This document shows positions 30,209-38,583 of a stretch of DNA of 64,000 nt, piece after piece (positions within the stretch are counted from its first letter, which is position 1; each line of letters begins with the position of its first letter). Location: assembly GCA_944325145.1 (NCBI GenBank), contig CALYDL010000003.1, positions 30,559 through 94,558 of the forward strand. Reading direction: 5' to 3'. This DNA is from Candidatus Gastranaerophilales bacterium. Its GTDB lineage: Bacteria > Cyanobacteriota > Vampirovibrionia > Gastranaerophilales > Gastranaerophilaceae. Below the pieces are notes generated by a model that had not been told where the DNA came from, did no database searches, and saw only the letters and a list, made by a program, of their open reading frames with translations. Made by a program: the position numbers and the translations under genes.

Positions 30209-30904
30209 ATGAAAAAGTTATTGCTTTTTTTAAGCTTATTTACAATTCTAACGGCGTTTTTTATAAACGAAGCTTCCGCCTATCAAATAACGGCAGATGC
30301 TAAAACAAAAAGAATACCTTTAGGAACAAAACTTGAACTTGAAATGGCGCATAACGTTTCATTAGATTCAGCCAACACGGGCGATATGTTTAGCGCATAT
30401 TTAACAAGAGATGTAAGAACCCCAACCACAATGATTTTACCCAGAGGAACAGTCGTAAGGGGCAATGTTTCAAATGTTGTTGAACCAAAAAGGCTTTCTC
30501 GTTCAGGTGTTTTATATTTGAATTTTGACCACGTTGTAGCGCCAAACGGTGCGCAGTTGCCAATAAAAGCGGGCCTATGCGAAGATTTCAGGCTTGATGA
30601 TAACGGCGGCATTAAAGGCGGCGGCGGTTACGGCGAAGCAGTTAAAGAAAATTGGTCTAATTCAGGGGCAATTATTAAGAAATCTACAAAATGGGGAATC
30701 ACATCCGGCGAAGATTTATTTAAAGGCGGAAAATACCTTGTAACTCCTTTTGCTGCGGTGGGTGGCACCGTTGCAGGGGCAGGTTATTTTGTTGGAACAA
30801 CCGTTGCCGATTTGTTTCATAAAGGTAAAGGGGTTGACCTGGCAAAAGGACAGGTGTTTAATATTTTATTATTAGAGTCATTGGATGTACCGGTAAGTGA
30901 ATAG
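30209..30904 (+). CDS. hypothetical secreted protein
   Basis: 231 aa. Signal peptide MKKLLLFLSLFTILTAFFINEASA; no recognisable domain. Confidence 0.5.
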   Translation: MKKLLLFLSLFTILTAFFINEASAYQITADAKTKRIPLGTKLELEMAHNVSLDSANTGDMFSAYLTRDVRTPTTMILPRGTVVRGNVSNVVEPKRLSRSGVLYLNFDHVVAPNGAQLPIKAGLCEDFRLDDNGGIKGGGGYGEAVKENWSNSGAIIKKSTKWGITSGEDLFKGGKYLVTPFAAVGGTVAGAGYFVGTTVADLFHKGKGVDLAKGQVFNILLLESLDVPVSE

Positions 30905-31373
30905 CGTAGAAAAAATAAAAGACATTTTAATAAAGAAGAACTTAAAGCTCTCTGTTGGCGAATCTTGCACAGGCGGGCTTATAAGTTCAATTCTTACTGA
31001 TATTGATGGTGCTTCAAAATTTATTGAAGTAAACTTTGTAACATATTCAAAATTTGCTAAAATAAGATTTTTGGATGTTCCCGAATTTGTAATTGAAAGA
31101 TACGGCGTTGTTTCAAACGAAACTGCATATTGCATGGCAACGGGCTTATTGCAATATTCGGGCGTTTCAATTGCAACAACGGGCTATGTGGGCCCCACAG
31201 GCGGTGATGAAAAAAACCCGATAGGCACCGTTTATTATGCTTTTGGCTACAAAAACAAAGTTAAAGTTTTAAAATATATTTCAGAAAAAACAGACAGAAA
31301 AGAAATTAAACAAGATATGGCAAACTTTATTTTAGATGGTTTTGTCGGTTTTCTTGAAGAACTTTTTAACTAA
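30897..31373 (+). CDS. pncC: CinA C-terminal-type nicotinamide-nucleotide amidohydrolase
   Basis: 158 aa. SVGESCTGGLISS, TGYVGPTGG. GTG start overlapping the preceding gene. Confidence 0.8.
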   Translation: MNSVEKIKDILIKKNLKLSVGESCTGGLISSILTDIDGASKFIEVNFVTYSKFAKIRFLDVPEFVIERYGVVSNETAYCMATGLLQYSGVSIATTGYVGPTGGDEKNPIGTVYYAFGYKNKVKVLKYISEKTDRKEIKQDMANFILDGFVGFLEELFN

Positions 31374-31392
31374 AAGAAATTTAATTCACCTA

Positions 31393-31421
31393 AAAGCCCT
31401 TTAACTAAGGGGCTTTTTTTG
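31393..31421 (+). terminator. intrinsic terminator
   Basis: AAAAGCCCTTTAACTAAGGGGCTTTTTTT. Confidence 0.65.
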
Positions 31422-31533
31422 TTTGTTAATAAATGTAACGAAAAATTGATTATTCCTAAAGTTTAATTAAAAGTTATCCGATAGCCTTCATATAAGAACA
31501 AGGATTAAAGAACTTAAATTAAAGGAGGCTCAA

Positions 31534-31911
31534 ATGAGCGAAGTACATTTTAATGGTCTTTCAGGTAATTATAACTATTACCAGAATGACAATTCAAACA
31601 AAAAGGCGGAAGAAAACAATTTCCATCAAGCTTCTGTTGCACCCGAAGCAAAAAGTGCAGATCCAAGCAAAGTTTTAGATGCACTTTCATTTATGGGCGC
31701 TCAAAATTTCGTAAAAGTGGCGGGAAAAGCACCTGTTAACCCTTCAGATTTTCTATCGGATGATAGAATTAAAGGCATTGAAGATTCAATGAAATTATTT
31801 GAAGAAGGAACAGAAAAATATGCCGATGCAATTAAAGCTGAATTCGGCAATACGTTTAGTGAAGATACGGTTTATGCCCTTGCGGCAAACGCCTTCGCAC
31901 TTGACGCATAA
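31534..31911 (+). CDS. hypothetical protein
   Basis: 125 aa. AGGAGG RBS upstream; no recognisable domain. Confidence 0.45.
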   Translation: MSEVHFNGLSGNYNYYQNDNSNKKAEENNFHQASVAPEAKSADPSKVLDALSFMGAQNFVKVAGKAPVNPSDFLSDDRIKGIEDSMKLFEEGTEKYADAIKAEFGNTFSEDTVYALAANAFALDA

Positions 31912-31971
31912 GTCAAATGAAGGAATGAAAAGTATTTCTCTCTCCTCCTTATCTCTATAGTTCTTTAAGAT

Positions 31972-32006
31972 TTCACCCGAGGATTTTCTTCCTCGGGCTT
32001 TTTTTG
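31972..32006 (+). terminator. intrinsic terminator
   Basis: CACCCGAGGA-TTTTCTT-CCTCGGGC followed by TTTTTTT. Confidence 0.7.
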
Positions 32007-32126
32007 CGAAACCCGCCAATGCAAGCGCTGAAGCGGCTGAAACTAAAAACAAAACTAAAAAATGAAATTGCACTTGAAATACATTTTGGTGCAATATTTT
32101 TTATGCTTTATTATATAATTTAATTT

Positions 32127-32966
32127 ATGCTAAACGAATACATTTTAAGAGCAAAAAAATTCAGAACAAAAAAATCTTTGGGGCAAAATTTTTTAATTTC
32201 AAAAGATGTTATTGATGAAATTTTAAATAATGTATCTCATTCTGATAACATTTTAGAAATTGGTCCGGGGGTTGGTTTTGTAACAGAAAAACTTGTTCAA
32301 AAGGCAAAAAAAGTTGTTGCTGTTGAACTGGATAATGATGCCATAAATGTTTTAGAAAAAAATTTATCAGAATATAAAAATTTCACCTTAATTAAAAACG
32401 ACATCTTAAAAACAGATATTCCAACCCTTTTTAATCATGATGAAAAAATTAAAGTAATTGCAAACATTCCATATTATATAACTACACCCATTCTTGTTCA
32501 CCTTTTAGGCGAAATTGATGATATAAACCACAAAACAAGAAATAAAATAACAGAAATTGTTTTAATGGTGCAATATGAAGTTGCAAAAAGAATTGTTGCG
32601 GATAATACTTCAAAAAATAAAGAATACGGGCTTTTGTCTATTTTATCCAACTTTTTTGCAGATACAAAAATTATAAAAAAAGTGGGCAAAAGGTGTTTTT
32701 ATCCATCCCCAAAGGTAGATTCAGCCCTTGTTAAATTCAAAATAAATAAAACCCCAAGGGTTAAAATCACTCCAAACCTTAAACAAACAATAAAAGCTGC
32801 ATTTTCAATGCGAAGAAAAAATATTAAAAATTGCTTGAATGCAGCAGGCTTTATAAACGTGGTTGAAGCACTTGAAAATTGCGGAATTAACCCCAACCTT
32901 AGGGGTGAAAACCTTTCTTATGAAGATTTTTACAAACTGTCGCTTGAATTAAAGAGGGAAAATTAA
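32127..32966 (+). CDS. rsmA: 16S rRNA (adenine1518/1519-N6)-dimethyltransferase
   Basis: 279 aa. KSLGQNFL, ILEIGPGVG, ANIPYYITTPI. Confidence 0.9.
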   Translation: MLNEYILRAKKFRTKKSLGQNFLISKDVIDEILNNVSHSDNILEIGPGVGFVTEKLVQKAKKVVAVELDNDAINVLEKNLSEYKNFTLIKNDILKTDIPTLFNHDEKIKVIANIPYYITTPILVHLLGEIDDINHKTRNKITEIVLMVQYEVAKRIVADNTSKNKEYGLLSILSNFFADTKIIKKVGKRCFYPSPKVDSALVKFKINKTPRVKITPNLKQTIKAAFSMRRKNIKNCLNAAGFINVVEALENCGINPNLRGENLSYEDFYKLSLELKREN

Positions 32967-33743
32967 ATGTTAAAAATTATGTGCCCTGCAAAAATAAATT
33001 TAACTCTAAAAGTTTTTAAAAAAGATGAAATAACAGGCTTTCACCCAATAAAAAGCATAATGCAGACAGTAAGCCTTTTTGATTATTTAACTTTTGAATT
33101 AACAAATTCAGGAAAAATTGAATTAACGGGCAATAACAATGAAATTGAATATAACGAAAACAATTTAATAATAAAAGCGGCGCTTGAATTTTATAAAAAA
33201 ACAAACTTGCCTATCTTGGGGCTTAAAATTTATTTAGAAAAAAATATCCCGATAGCAGCAGGCTTGGCAGGCGGTTCAACAGACGCTGCAGGCACAATTT
33301 TTGCCCTTAATCAATTGCACAATAACATTTTAAAAAAAGAAGAAATATTCGAAATTAATTCAAAACTTGGTTCAGACATTAATTTTTGCTATTTTGGGGG
33401 AAAAGCGCTTGCTGAAGGCAAAGGCGACAATTTAACCCCCCTTGAATTTGAACCGTTTAATTTAACAATTATAAAGCCAAAAAACCTTAAAATTTCAACA
33501 AAACTTGCCTATGAAACTTTTGATAATTTGAAAGAAACATCAAACTTAAAAAACGACCTTGAATTTGCCATGCTGCCACATTATAAAGAACTTCAAACCC
33601 TTCATAATCTTGGTTTTCAAATGTCAGGCTCTGGGCCTTCGTTTTTCATTTTAAATAAAACCATAAATGAAACCCTTAAAACCCAAGAATATCAAGTTTT
33701 TGAAAACCTAAGGGCAACAAAAAAAGGTGTTGAAATTGTTTAA
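32967..33743 (+). CDS. ispE: 4-diphosphocytidyl-2-C-methyl-D-erythritol kinase
   Basis: 258 aa. PAKINLTLKV, GHMP motif IPIAAGLAGGSTDAA. Confidence 0.9.
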   Translation: MLKIMCPAKINLTLKVFKKDEITGFHPIKSIMQTVSLFDYLTFELTNSGKIELTGNNNEIEYNENNLIIKAALEFYKKTNLPILGLKIYLEKNIPIAAGLAGGSTDAAGTIFALNQLHNNILKKEEIFEINSKLGSDINFCYFGGKALAEGKGDNLTPLEFEPFNLTIIKPKNLKISTKLAYETFDNLKETSNLKNDLEFAMLPHYKELQTLHNLGFQMSGSGPSFFILNKTINETLKTQEYQVFENLRATKKGVEIV

Positions 33744-33942
33744 AATCAACAAAATTTCCCGTTCGGGAAAATTTACCACTTTTTAACCCCAAAAACAATA
33801 AAAATTTCCCGTTCGGGAAAATTTACCCTTTTTTATCTCCAAAAACAATAAAAATTTCCCGCTTTTGGAAAATTCCTTCAATTGTCTTTTAAATAAAGCT
33901 TACCAGCCCCATTTTATATGCCCGAATTTTGCTATTTTATAA
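33741..33942 (+). repeat. left direct repeat with three palindromic boxes
   Basis: TTTCCCGTTCGGGAAA at 33755-33770 and 33805-33820. Variant TTTCCCGCTTTTGGAAAA at 33855-33872. Tail ..CCAGCCCCATTTTATATGCCCGAATTTTGCTATTTTATAAT. Confidence 0.9.
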
Positions 33943-34162
33943 TATTATTATGTAGTAATTAATAAATATTATGCTAATGTTAACAAATGTTTCAAAATTA
34001 AAGATTGTAAAAAGCTGTCCTATCCTACAAATAGACCAAACTTACAACAAAAAAAGTAAAAAATGTTATAATTCTATTGTGCAGGACCGATTGATGCAAA
34101 CTTTCGTCATTGTTTGTGTTAAGCTATTATTGATGTGTTTTGAATGGATACAAGAGGCTTAA

Positions 34163-34663
34163 ATGAATGAGTTTGAATTAATTTTGTGTAGAGTATTATC
34201 TGACTTTGAAATAGACTTTAGAAAGTTCATGGTAGATAAAGATGAAAGAATTAAAGCCCATAAATATTGTTACTTAGTTAGTAAATTTTACAAGTTTCCA
34301 ATAGATGGTTGTTTTTCTCTATATATAAATGGGCCATATAATCATCATTTGACAGATGTTTTGTTTGATATAGCCAGAAATTATGACGATATGCACTGTA
34401 GTTCTCAAAAAATAGAATTGAGCAAAATACATGGCTTAAACAATCTTATTGCTCGGATTATTGAACTATTTCCACCTAAGGATAGCGATGTAGTGTCAAG
34501 ATTAGAAATATTTACTACGTTTGATTTCATTTGTACTAACTATCCAAGTATGTCTGATAACGAAAAATTTGACATGCTTAGAAGAATTAAGGGACATTTA
34601 TTTAATAATGAAACTACGTTGCAAAATTTAATGCATATCAGAGAAGCGCTGAATTCAAGATAA
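34163..34663 (+). CDS. hypothetical protein (weak resemblance to the DUF4065/Panacea-type region, KxxKYCYL..INGPY)
   Basis: 166 aa. AAGAGG RBS. Its 3' end overlaps the convergent HD gene by 9 nt. Confidence 0.5.
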   Translation: MNEFELILCRVLSDFEIDFRKFMVDKDERIKAHKYCYLVSKFYKFPIDGCFSLYINGPYNHHLTDVLFDIARNYDDMHCSSQKIELSKIHGLNNLIARIIELFPPKDSDVVSRLEIFTTFDFICTNYPSMSDNEKFDMLRRIKGHLFNNETTLQNLMHIREALNSR

Positions 34664-36166
34664 AATATTTTCAAAATTGTATACTCTAAAGATTTTTAGA
34701 GTTTTTCGTGCTGTATTTTGTTCATCGGTGTTGTTTTCACTATTTTCATTTGTTATGAATTGCTGAAAGAAGTGATTTGGCATATCGATGATTTTTTTAC
34801 ATTTTAATTTGTCTGATACTTGAATAAAAATATCGTCACAGACAATTTTTTCACTAATTGGAGTGCCGTATAAAAATTTTTTTTCTTTTTTATTTAATTC
34901 TTTAATTTTATTTTCAAAACAAGCTTTAGCTTTTTTGTATTCTGTTTCGTTGCCAGTAATTTGACAATGAGAATTAATTAGGTTGGAGTTTGAAAAATGC
35001 TTATTAAAAAAATTTTGTTTTTCGACTTCTGGAAATTGTCTATTTACAAGCATATTTGCTAATTTGTATGTCATATTTTTTTGTTTACTAGACAGAATCT
35101 TATGGATTTGCTTCCAAAAATAATCATCATTAAAAAAGAAAAATTTATTAGGGCTATTTTCTAATAATGATTTAAAATTGTTAACAGTAGAATATTCTTC
35201 ATCTATTTTTTTATCAATCAATAATTTTGTGTACAATCTTTTTGCAATATTATTTACAATATACGTTTTGTCATAATATAAAATATTCGAATACCAGTAA
35301 TATTTAGCTAAAATAAATTGTTCTATAACTTGTAGAGCCTCTTCTTTGAATGCAACCCTTTCTGTTTTTATACCATTTATTTCTATTTTATATGGAATCA
35401 TATTTTTGATAATAAAATCAATATCTACTGATGCAAGTATCCCAGTATTTATGGTATCTCTTTTCATATAATCCATTTGATCTGCATCTAGTCTGGAATT
35501 AATCAAATCTGAAGCTATAAAATATTCTTTATTGACCGGCTGACCAACAATTAAGCTTGCAATTATTTCAATGTCGCTATCATTTATTTCATGAAACAAT
35601 TTTTTAAAATTTTCTTTAAATGGCCCGCTTTGTAATATATATTTTGCAAATGTTTCATGATGGAGTTCTGATTGATTAACTTTTTCTTGATGCATCAAAA
35701 AAGTTTGTATATCATTGCTGTCACATATTTTTTTTAGTGATGGCTGTTCTGTTATGCCAGTGTTTTCAACTAATAAGCTTTTTAATGACTGCTGTTGCTC
35801 TGCAAGCTGATACTCCTTGTATGAACTTTCTATAGTGTGTGATAGTGGATAATGCCCGATATCATGTAACAATGCAGCCAACCTTGTTATCTGGTGATTT
35901 TTATAGTCATTAAAAAAAGTGCAATTCTTGGCTTTTAATCTTTGAATCATTTTTTCTACAATGTGAAGAACTCCAAGAGAATGAGAAAATCTCGTGTGTA
36001 CTGCACCTGGAAAAACAAAATGTGACAAGCTTAGCTGTTTGATGAAATTTAGCCTTTGAAAGTAGCTGGTATTTAATAGCTCTTTTTCTTCTTTTGTTAG
36101 TGAAATAAAGCCATGAACATTATCATAAATTTTTTCTGTTAAATTATCTTCAAAACGCTTTCTCAT
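34655..36166 (-). CDS. HD-domain phosphohydrolase of the SAMHD1/EF1143-like (COG1078) dNTP triphosphohydrolase type, with a roughly 200-aa C-terminal extension of unknown function
   Basis: 503 aa. IYDNVHGFISL, FQRLNFIKQL, HTRFSHSLGV, LLHDIGHYPLSHT, RLDADQMDYMKRD. Confidence 0.75.
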   Translation of the reverse strand: MRKRFEDNLTEKIYDNVHGFISLTKEEKELLNTSYFQRLNFIKQLSLSHFVFPGAVHTRFSHSLGVLHIVEKMIQRLKAKNCTFFNDYKNHQITRLAALLHDIGHYPLSHTIESSYKEYQLAEQQQSLKSLLVENTGITEQPSLKKICDSNDIQTFLMHQEKVNQSELHHETFAKYILQSGPFKENFKKLFHEINDSDIEIIASLIVGQPVNKEYFIASDLINSRLDADQMDYMKRDTINTGILASVDIDFIIKNMIPYKIEINGIKTERVAFKEEALQVIEQFILAKYYWYSNILYYDKTYIVNNIAKRLYTKLLIDKKIDEEYSTVNNFKSLLENSPNKFFFFNDDYFWKQIHKILSSKQKNMTYKLANMLVNRQFPEVEKQNFFNKHFSNSNLINSHCQITGNETEYKKAKACFENKIKELNKKEKKFLYGTPISEKIVCDDIFIQVSDKLKCKKIIDMPNHFFQQFITNENSENNTDEQNTARKTLKIFRVYNFENILS

Positions 36167-36267
36167 GCTTTTATTCTAGCATATTATTTGAAAAAGAAAA
36201 TGAAAAATCATTTTATTTAGAAAAATCTGCCCTTAACCCCTTATGGCTACAAAAACAAGAAAGCCTA

Positions 36268-36363
36268 TATTTCGCTATATTCAAAATGCAATTTTCCTTC
36301 TTCGTTTTGGTTTAAATAGCCGGCTAATTCTCCATAAAGCCAAACAGAAAGGGGTTTTTTCAT
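36268..36363 (-). pseudogene. hipA: hipA N-terminal remnant (31 codons then a stop)
   Basis: ATGA start/stop overlap with hipB. MKKPLSVWLYGELAGYLNQNEEGKLHFEYSEI* matches the HipA N-terminal coupling-domain pattern. No continuation found in any frame. Confidence 0.55.
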
Positions 36364-36569
36364 AGGTCAATAACCTCAAATTCAATTCCAAGAGAATTTA
36401 AAATTTTTAAAACTTTTCCAATTTGTGCGGTTTCTTTGCCGTTTTCAAATTCAACAATAAACCTCACCCCAACGCTACTTGCAAGCGCAAGCTCGCTTTG
36501 AGTGAGCCCAAGGCTTTTTCTTTTTTCTTTTGCAAATTTCCCTAAATCGCTTGTCGAAGTAATTTTCAA
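36360..36569 (-). CDS. hipB: HipB-like XRE-family antitoxin/regulator
   Basis: 69 aa. LGLTQSELALASSVGVRFIVEFENGKETAQIGKVLKILNSLGIEF (y4mF/HipB-type pattern). Confidence 0.75.
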   Translation of the reverse strand: MKITSTSDLGKFAKEKRKSLGLTQSELALASSVGVRFIVEFENGKETAQIGKVLKILNSLGIEFEVIDL

Positions 36570-36577
36570 AATAATTT

Positions 36578-36774
36578 CCTAAAATTTTCCCGTTCGGTAA
36601 AATTATAACCTTTTTTAACATTAAAATCAACAAATTTTCCCGTTCGGGAAATTTTACCACTTTTTAACCCCAAAAATAATAAAAAATTTCCCGCTTTTGG
36701 AAAATTCCTTCAATTGTCTTTTAAATAAAGCTTTCCAGCCCCATTTTATATGCCCGAATTTTGCTATTTTATAA
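36578..36774 (+). repeat. right direct repeat with three palindromic boxes
   Basis: TTTTCCCGTTCGGTAAAA at 36585-36602, TTTCCCGTTCGGGAAA at 36636-36651, TTTCCCGCTTTTGGAAAA at 36687-36704. Same tail as the left repeat. Lies between divergent hipB and the recombinase gene. Confidence 0.9.
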
Positions 36775-36809
36775 TTTTTATATGCGGTAAATAACCAAAA
36801 GGGGCAATT

Positions 36810-37349
36810 ATGACAACAGTTGAACCCATCAGAAATTTATCCGACCTGAAAAAGGTTGAATTTTTGCTTGAAAAAAATAAAAGAAATTTGCTGCTTTTCA
36901 CTCTTGGAATTAACTCCGGCCTTAGAATTTCAGACATTTTAGCTTTAAATGTTCAAGATGTGAAAGACAAAAAATTTATTCAAATAACAGAAAAAAAGAC
37001 AGGCAAATTCAAAAAAATTCCAATAAATTCAAAATTAAGACCAATGATTTTTGAATTTACCAAAAACAAAAGCCCAAATTCACCCTTGTTTGAAACCGTT
37101 TTTAAAAACAGGCTGGATAGATTTGCTGCTTATGAAATAATAAAAACTGCCTGCAAAAAAGCAGGAATTGAAGGCAAAATAGGCACGCACACTTTAAGAA
37201 AAACTTTTGGCTACCACCATTATAAAAAGTTTAAAGATGTTGCGATATTGCAAAAAATTTTCAACCATTCAAGCCCTTCAATCACTCTAAGATACATTGG
37301 AATTGAACAAGATGAAATTTTTGAAAGCTACGAAAATTTTATTTTGTAA
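36810..37349 (+). CDS. small tyrosine recombinase, catalytic domain only (similar in size to FimB/FimE-type invertases)
   Basis: 179 aa. GLRISD (Arg), HTLRKTFGYH (His-x-x-Arg), NHSSPSITLRYIG (His, Tyr). Confidence 0.8.
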   Translation: MTTVEPIRNLSDLKKVEFLLEKNKRNLLLFTLGINSGLRISDILALNVQDVKDKKFIQITEKKTGKFKKIPINSKLRPMIFEFTKNKSPNSPLFETVFKNRLDRFAAYEIIKTACKKAGIEGKIGTHTLRKTFGYHHYKKFKDVAILQKIFNHSSPSITLRYIGIEQDEIFESYENFIL

Positions 37350-37620
37350 AAAATAAAAAAACTAAACTACATAACATTTTTTAAACACCACATAATGTTT
37401 AAAATGTTATATAGTAACTGTTTAATAATATCATAAATAATATAATACTGGAATTTTCTTATTTATATATTTATATTCTTTCAAATTTCTAAAATAAAAA
37501 ATGTTGTGAACTTAGAAAAATTATTTTCTTTTTAGTCCTGAAACTCTTTAAAAATGGGCGTGTTCCTCTATCACCACATTTTAAACAAAATGTTGTGTTT
37601 ATTTTAAAAAGGAGTATATT

Positions 37621-38583
37621 TTGAAAGAAAAAATAGATTTGGTTTACCTTTGGTGCAACCTTGATGACCCAAACTTTAAACAAAGAAAAGAAAGTTTCCT
37701 AAACGGGCAAATTGTAGATAAAGAAGCAAACAACCCATGCCGTTTTACAGATAATGGCGAATTAAAATATTCTCTAAGGTCTGTTGAACTATATGCCCCT
37801 TGGGTGAATAAAATTTATATTGTAACAGATAACCAAATTCCCGATTGGTTAAATTTAAATCATCCAAAAATTCAAATTATTAACCAAAGTGAAATTATGC
37901 CTAAATCTGCCCTTCCTTCTTTTAATTCAATTGCAATTGAACATTGCATAAAAAATATTCCAAATCTAGAAGAACACTTTATATATGCAAATGACGACAC
38001 TTTTTTTAATGATTACATAACGCCTGAATTTTTCTTTAATAAAAATGGCCACCCCATTTCAAGGTTTAGAAAAAAGCGCAAAAAACGCTATTATACAATT
38101 TATGAATACGCTTTAAATAATGCAGAAAATTTAATATATAAAAAATTTAATTTAATGCTGAATTTTGAACCGCACCATAATATAGATGCATATTTAAAAT
38201 CGGAAGTTATTAATTGCTATGAAACATTTAAAAATGAAATAGATAAAACAATTAATTCCCATTTTAGAAATAAAGAAAATGTTGAACGTGCAATTTATCA
38301 AAAATATTTTATAGCACATAAAAAAGGCGAATTTAAAAGGGTTTCAAGAGTTGATTGCAAATTAAACCCAATTAAAAGGCTTATAAATTTAATTAAAAAA
38401 GAATATAAAAAAGATTCTTGTTTAATTTCGCCCCAAGGAAGAAACATAGAAGAAATTTTAAACAAATTTAAACCCTATCTTTTTTGCCTGAATGACAATG
38501 AAAACACGACAAAAGAGGATATAGAACTTATGAAAGAATTTCTTCAAAAAAGATATCCAAATAAATCGGCTTTTGAAATTTAA
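37621..38583 (+). CDS. Stealth-family capsular polysaccharide hexose-1-phosphate transferase
   Basis: 320 aa. TTG start after AAAGGAG. CR1 IDLVYLWCNLDDP, CR2 LKYSLRSVELYAPWVNKIYIVTDNQIPDWL. Confidence 0.8.
   Translation: MKEKIDLVYLWCNLDDPNFKQRKESFLNGQIVDKEANNPCRFTDNGELKYSLRSVELYAPWVNKIYIVTDNQIPDWLNLNHPKIQIINQSEIMPKSALPSFNSIAIEHCIKNIPNLEEHFIYANDDTFFNDYITPEFFFNKNGHPISRFRKKRKKRYYTIYEYALNNAENLIYKKFNLMLNFEPHHNIDAYLKSEVINCYETFKNEIDKTINSHFRNKENVERAIYQKYFIAHKKGEFKRVSRVDCKLNPIKRLINLIKKEYKKDSCLISPQGRNIEEILNKFKPYLFCLNDNENTTKEDIELMKEFLQKRYPNKSAFEI

Larger units (their letters stand above)
33744..37349. mobile_element. tyrosine-recombinase-associated cassette bounded by direct repeats
   Basis: Direct repeats at 33741-33942 and 36578-36774 flank four cargo genes: a small ORF, an HD phosphohydrolase, a hipA remnant and hipB. 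The recombinase gene follows the right repeat. The cassette lies between ispE and surface-polysaccharide genes. Confidence 0.6.

Noticed and set aside
33741-33872. Regularly spaced, roughly 48-50-bp repeats with palindromic cores looked superficially like a mini CRISPR array.
   Set aside because: There are only three units. The 'spacers' are themselves conserved between units and between the two loci. There are no cas genes. The whole block is duplicated as a direct repeat.
33971-34162. 63-aa ORF ending exactly at the start codon of ORF 34163..34663.
   Set aside because: No RBS, and low-complexity AT-driven composition. It lies in the probable promoter or leader of the cassette. It could be a leader peptide, but there is no support.
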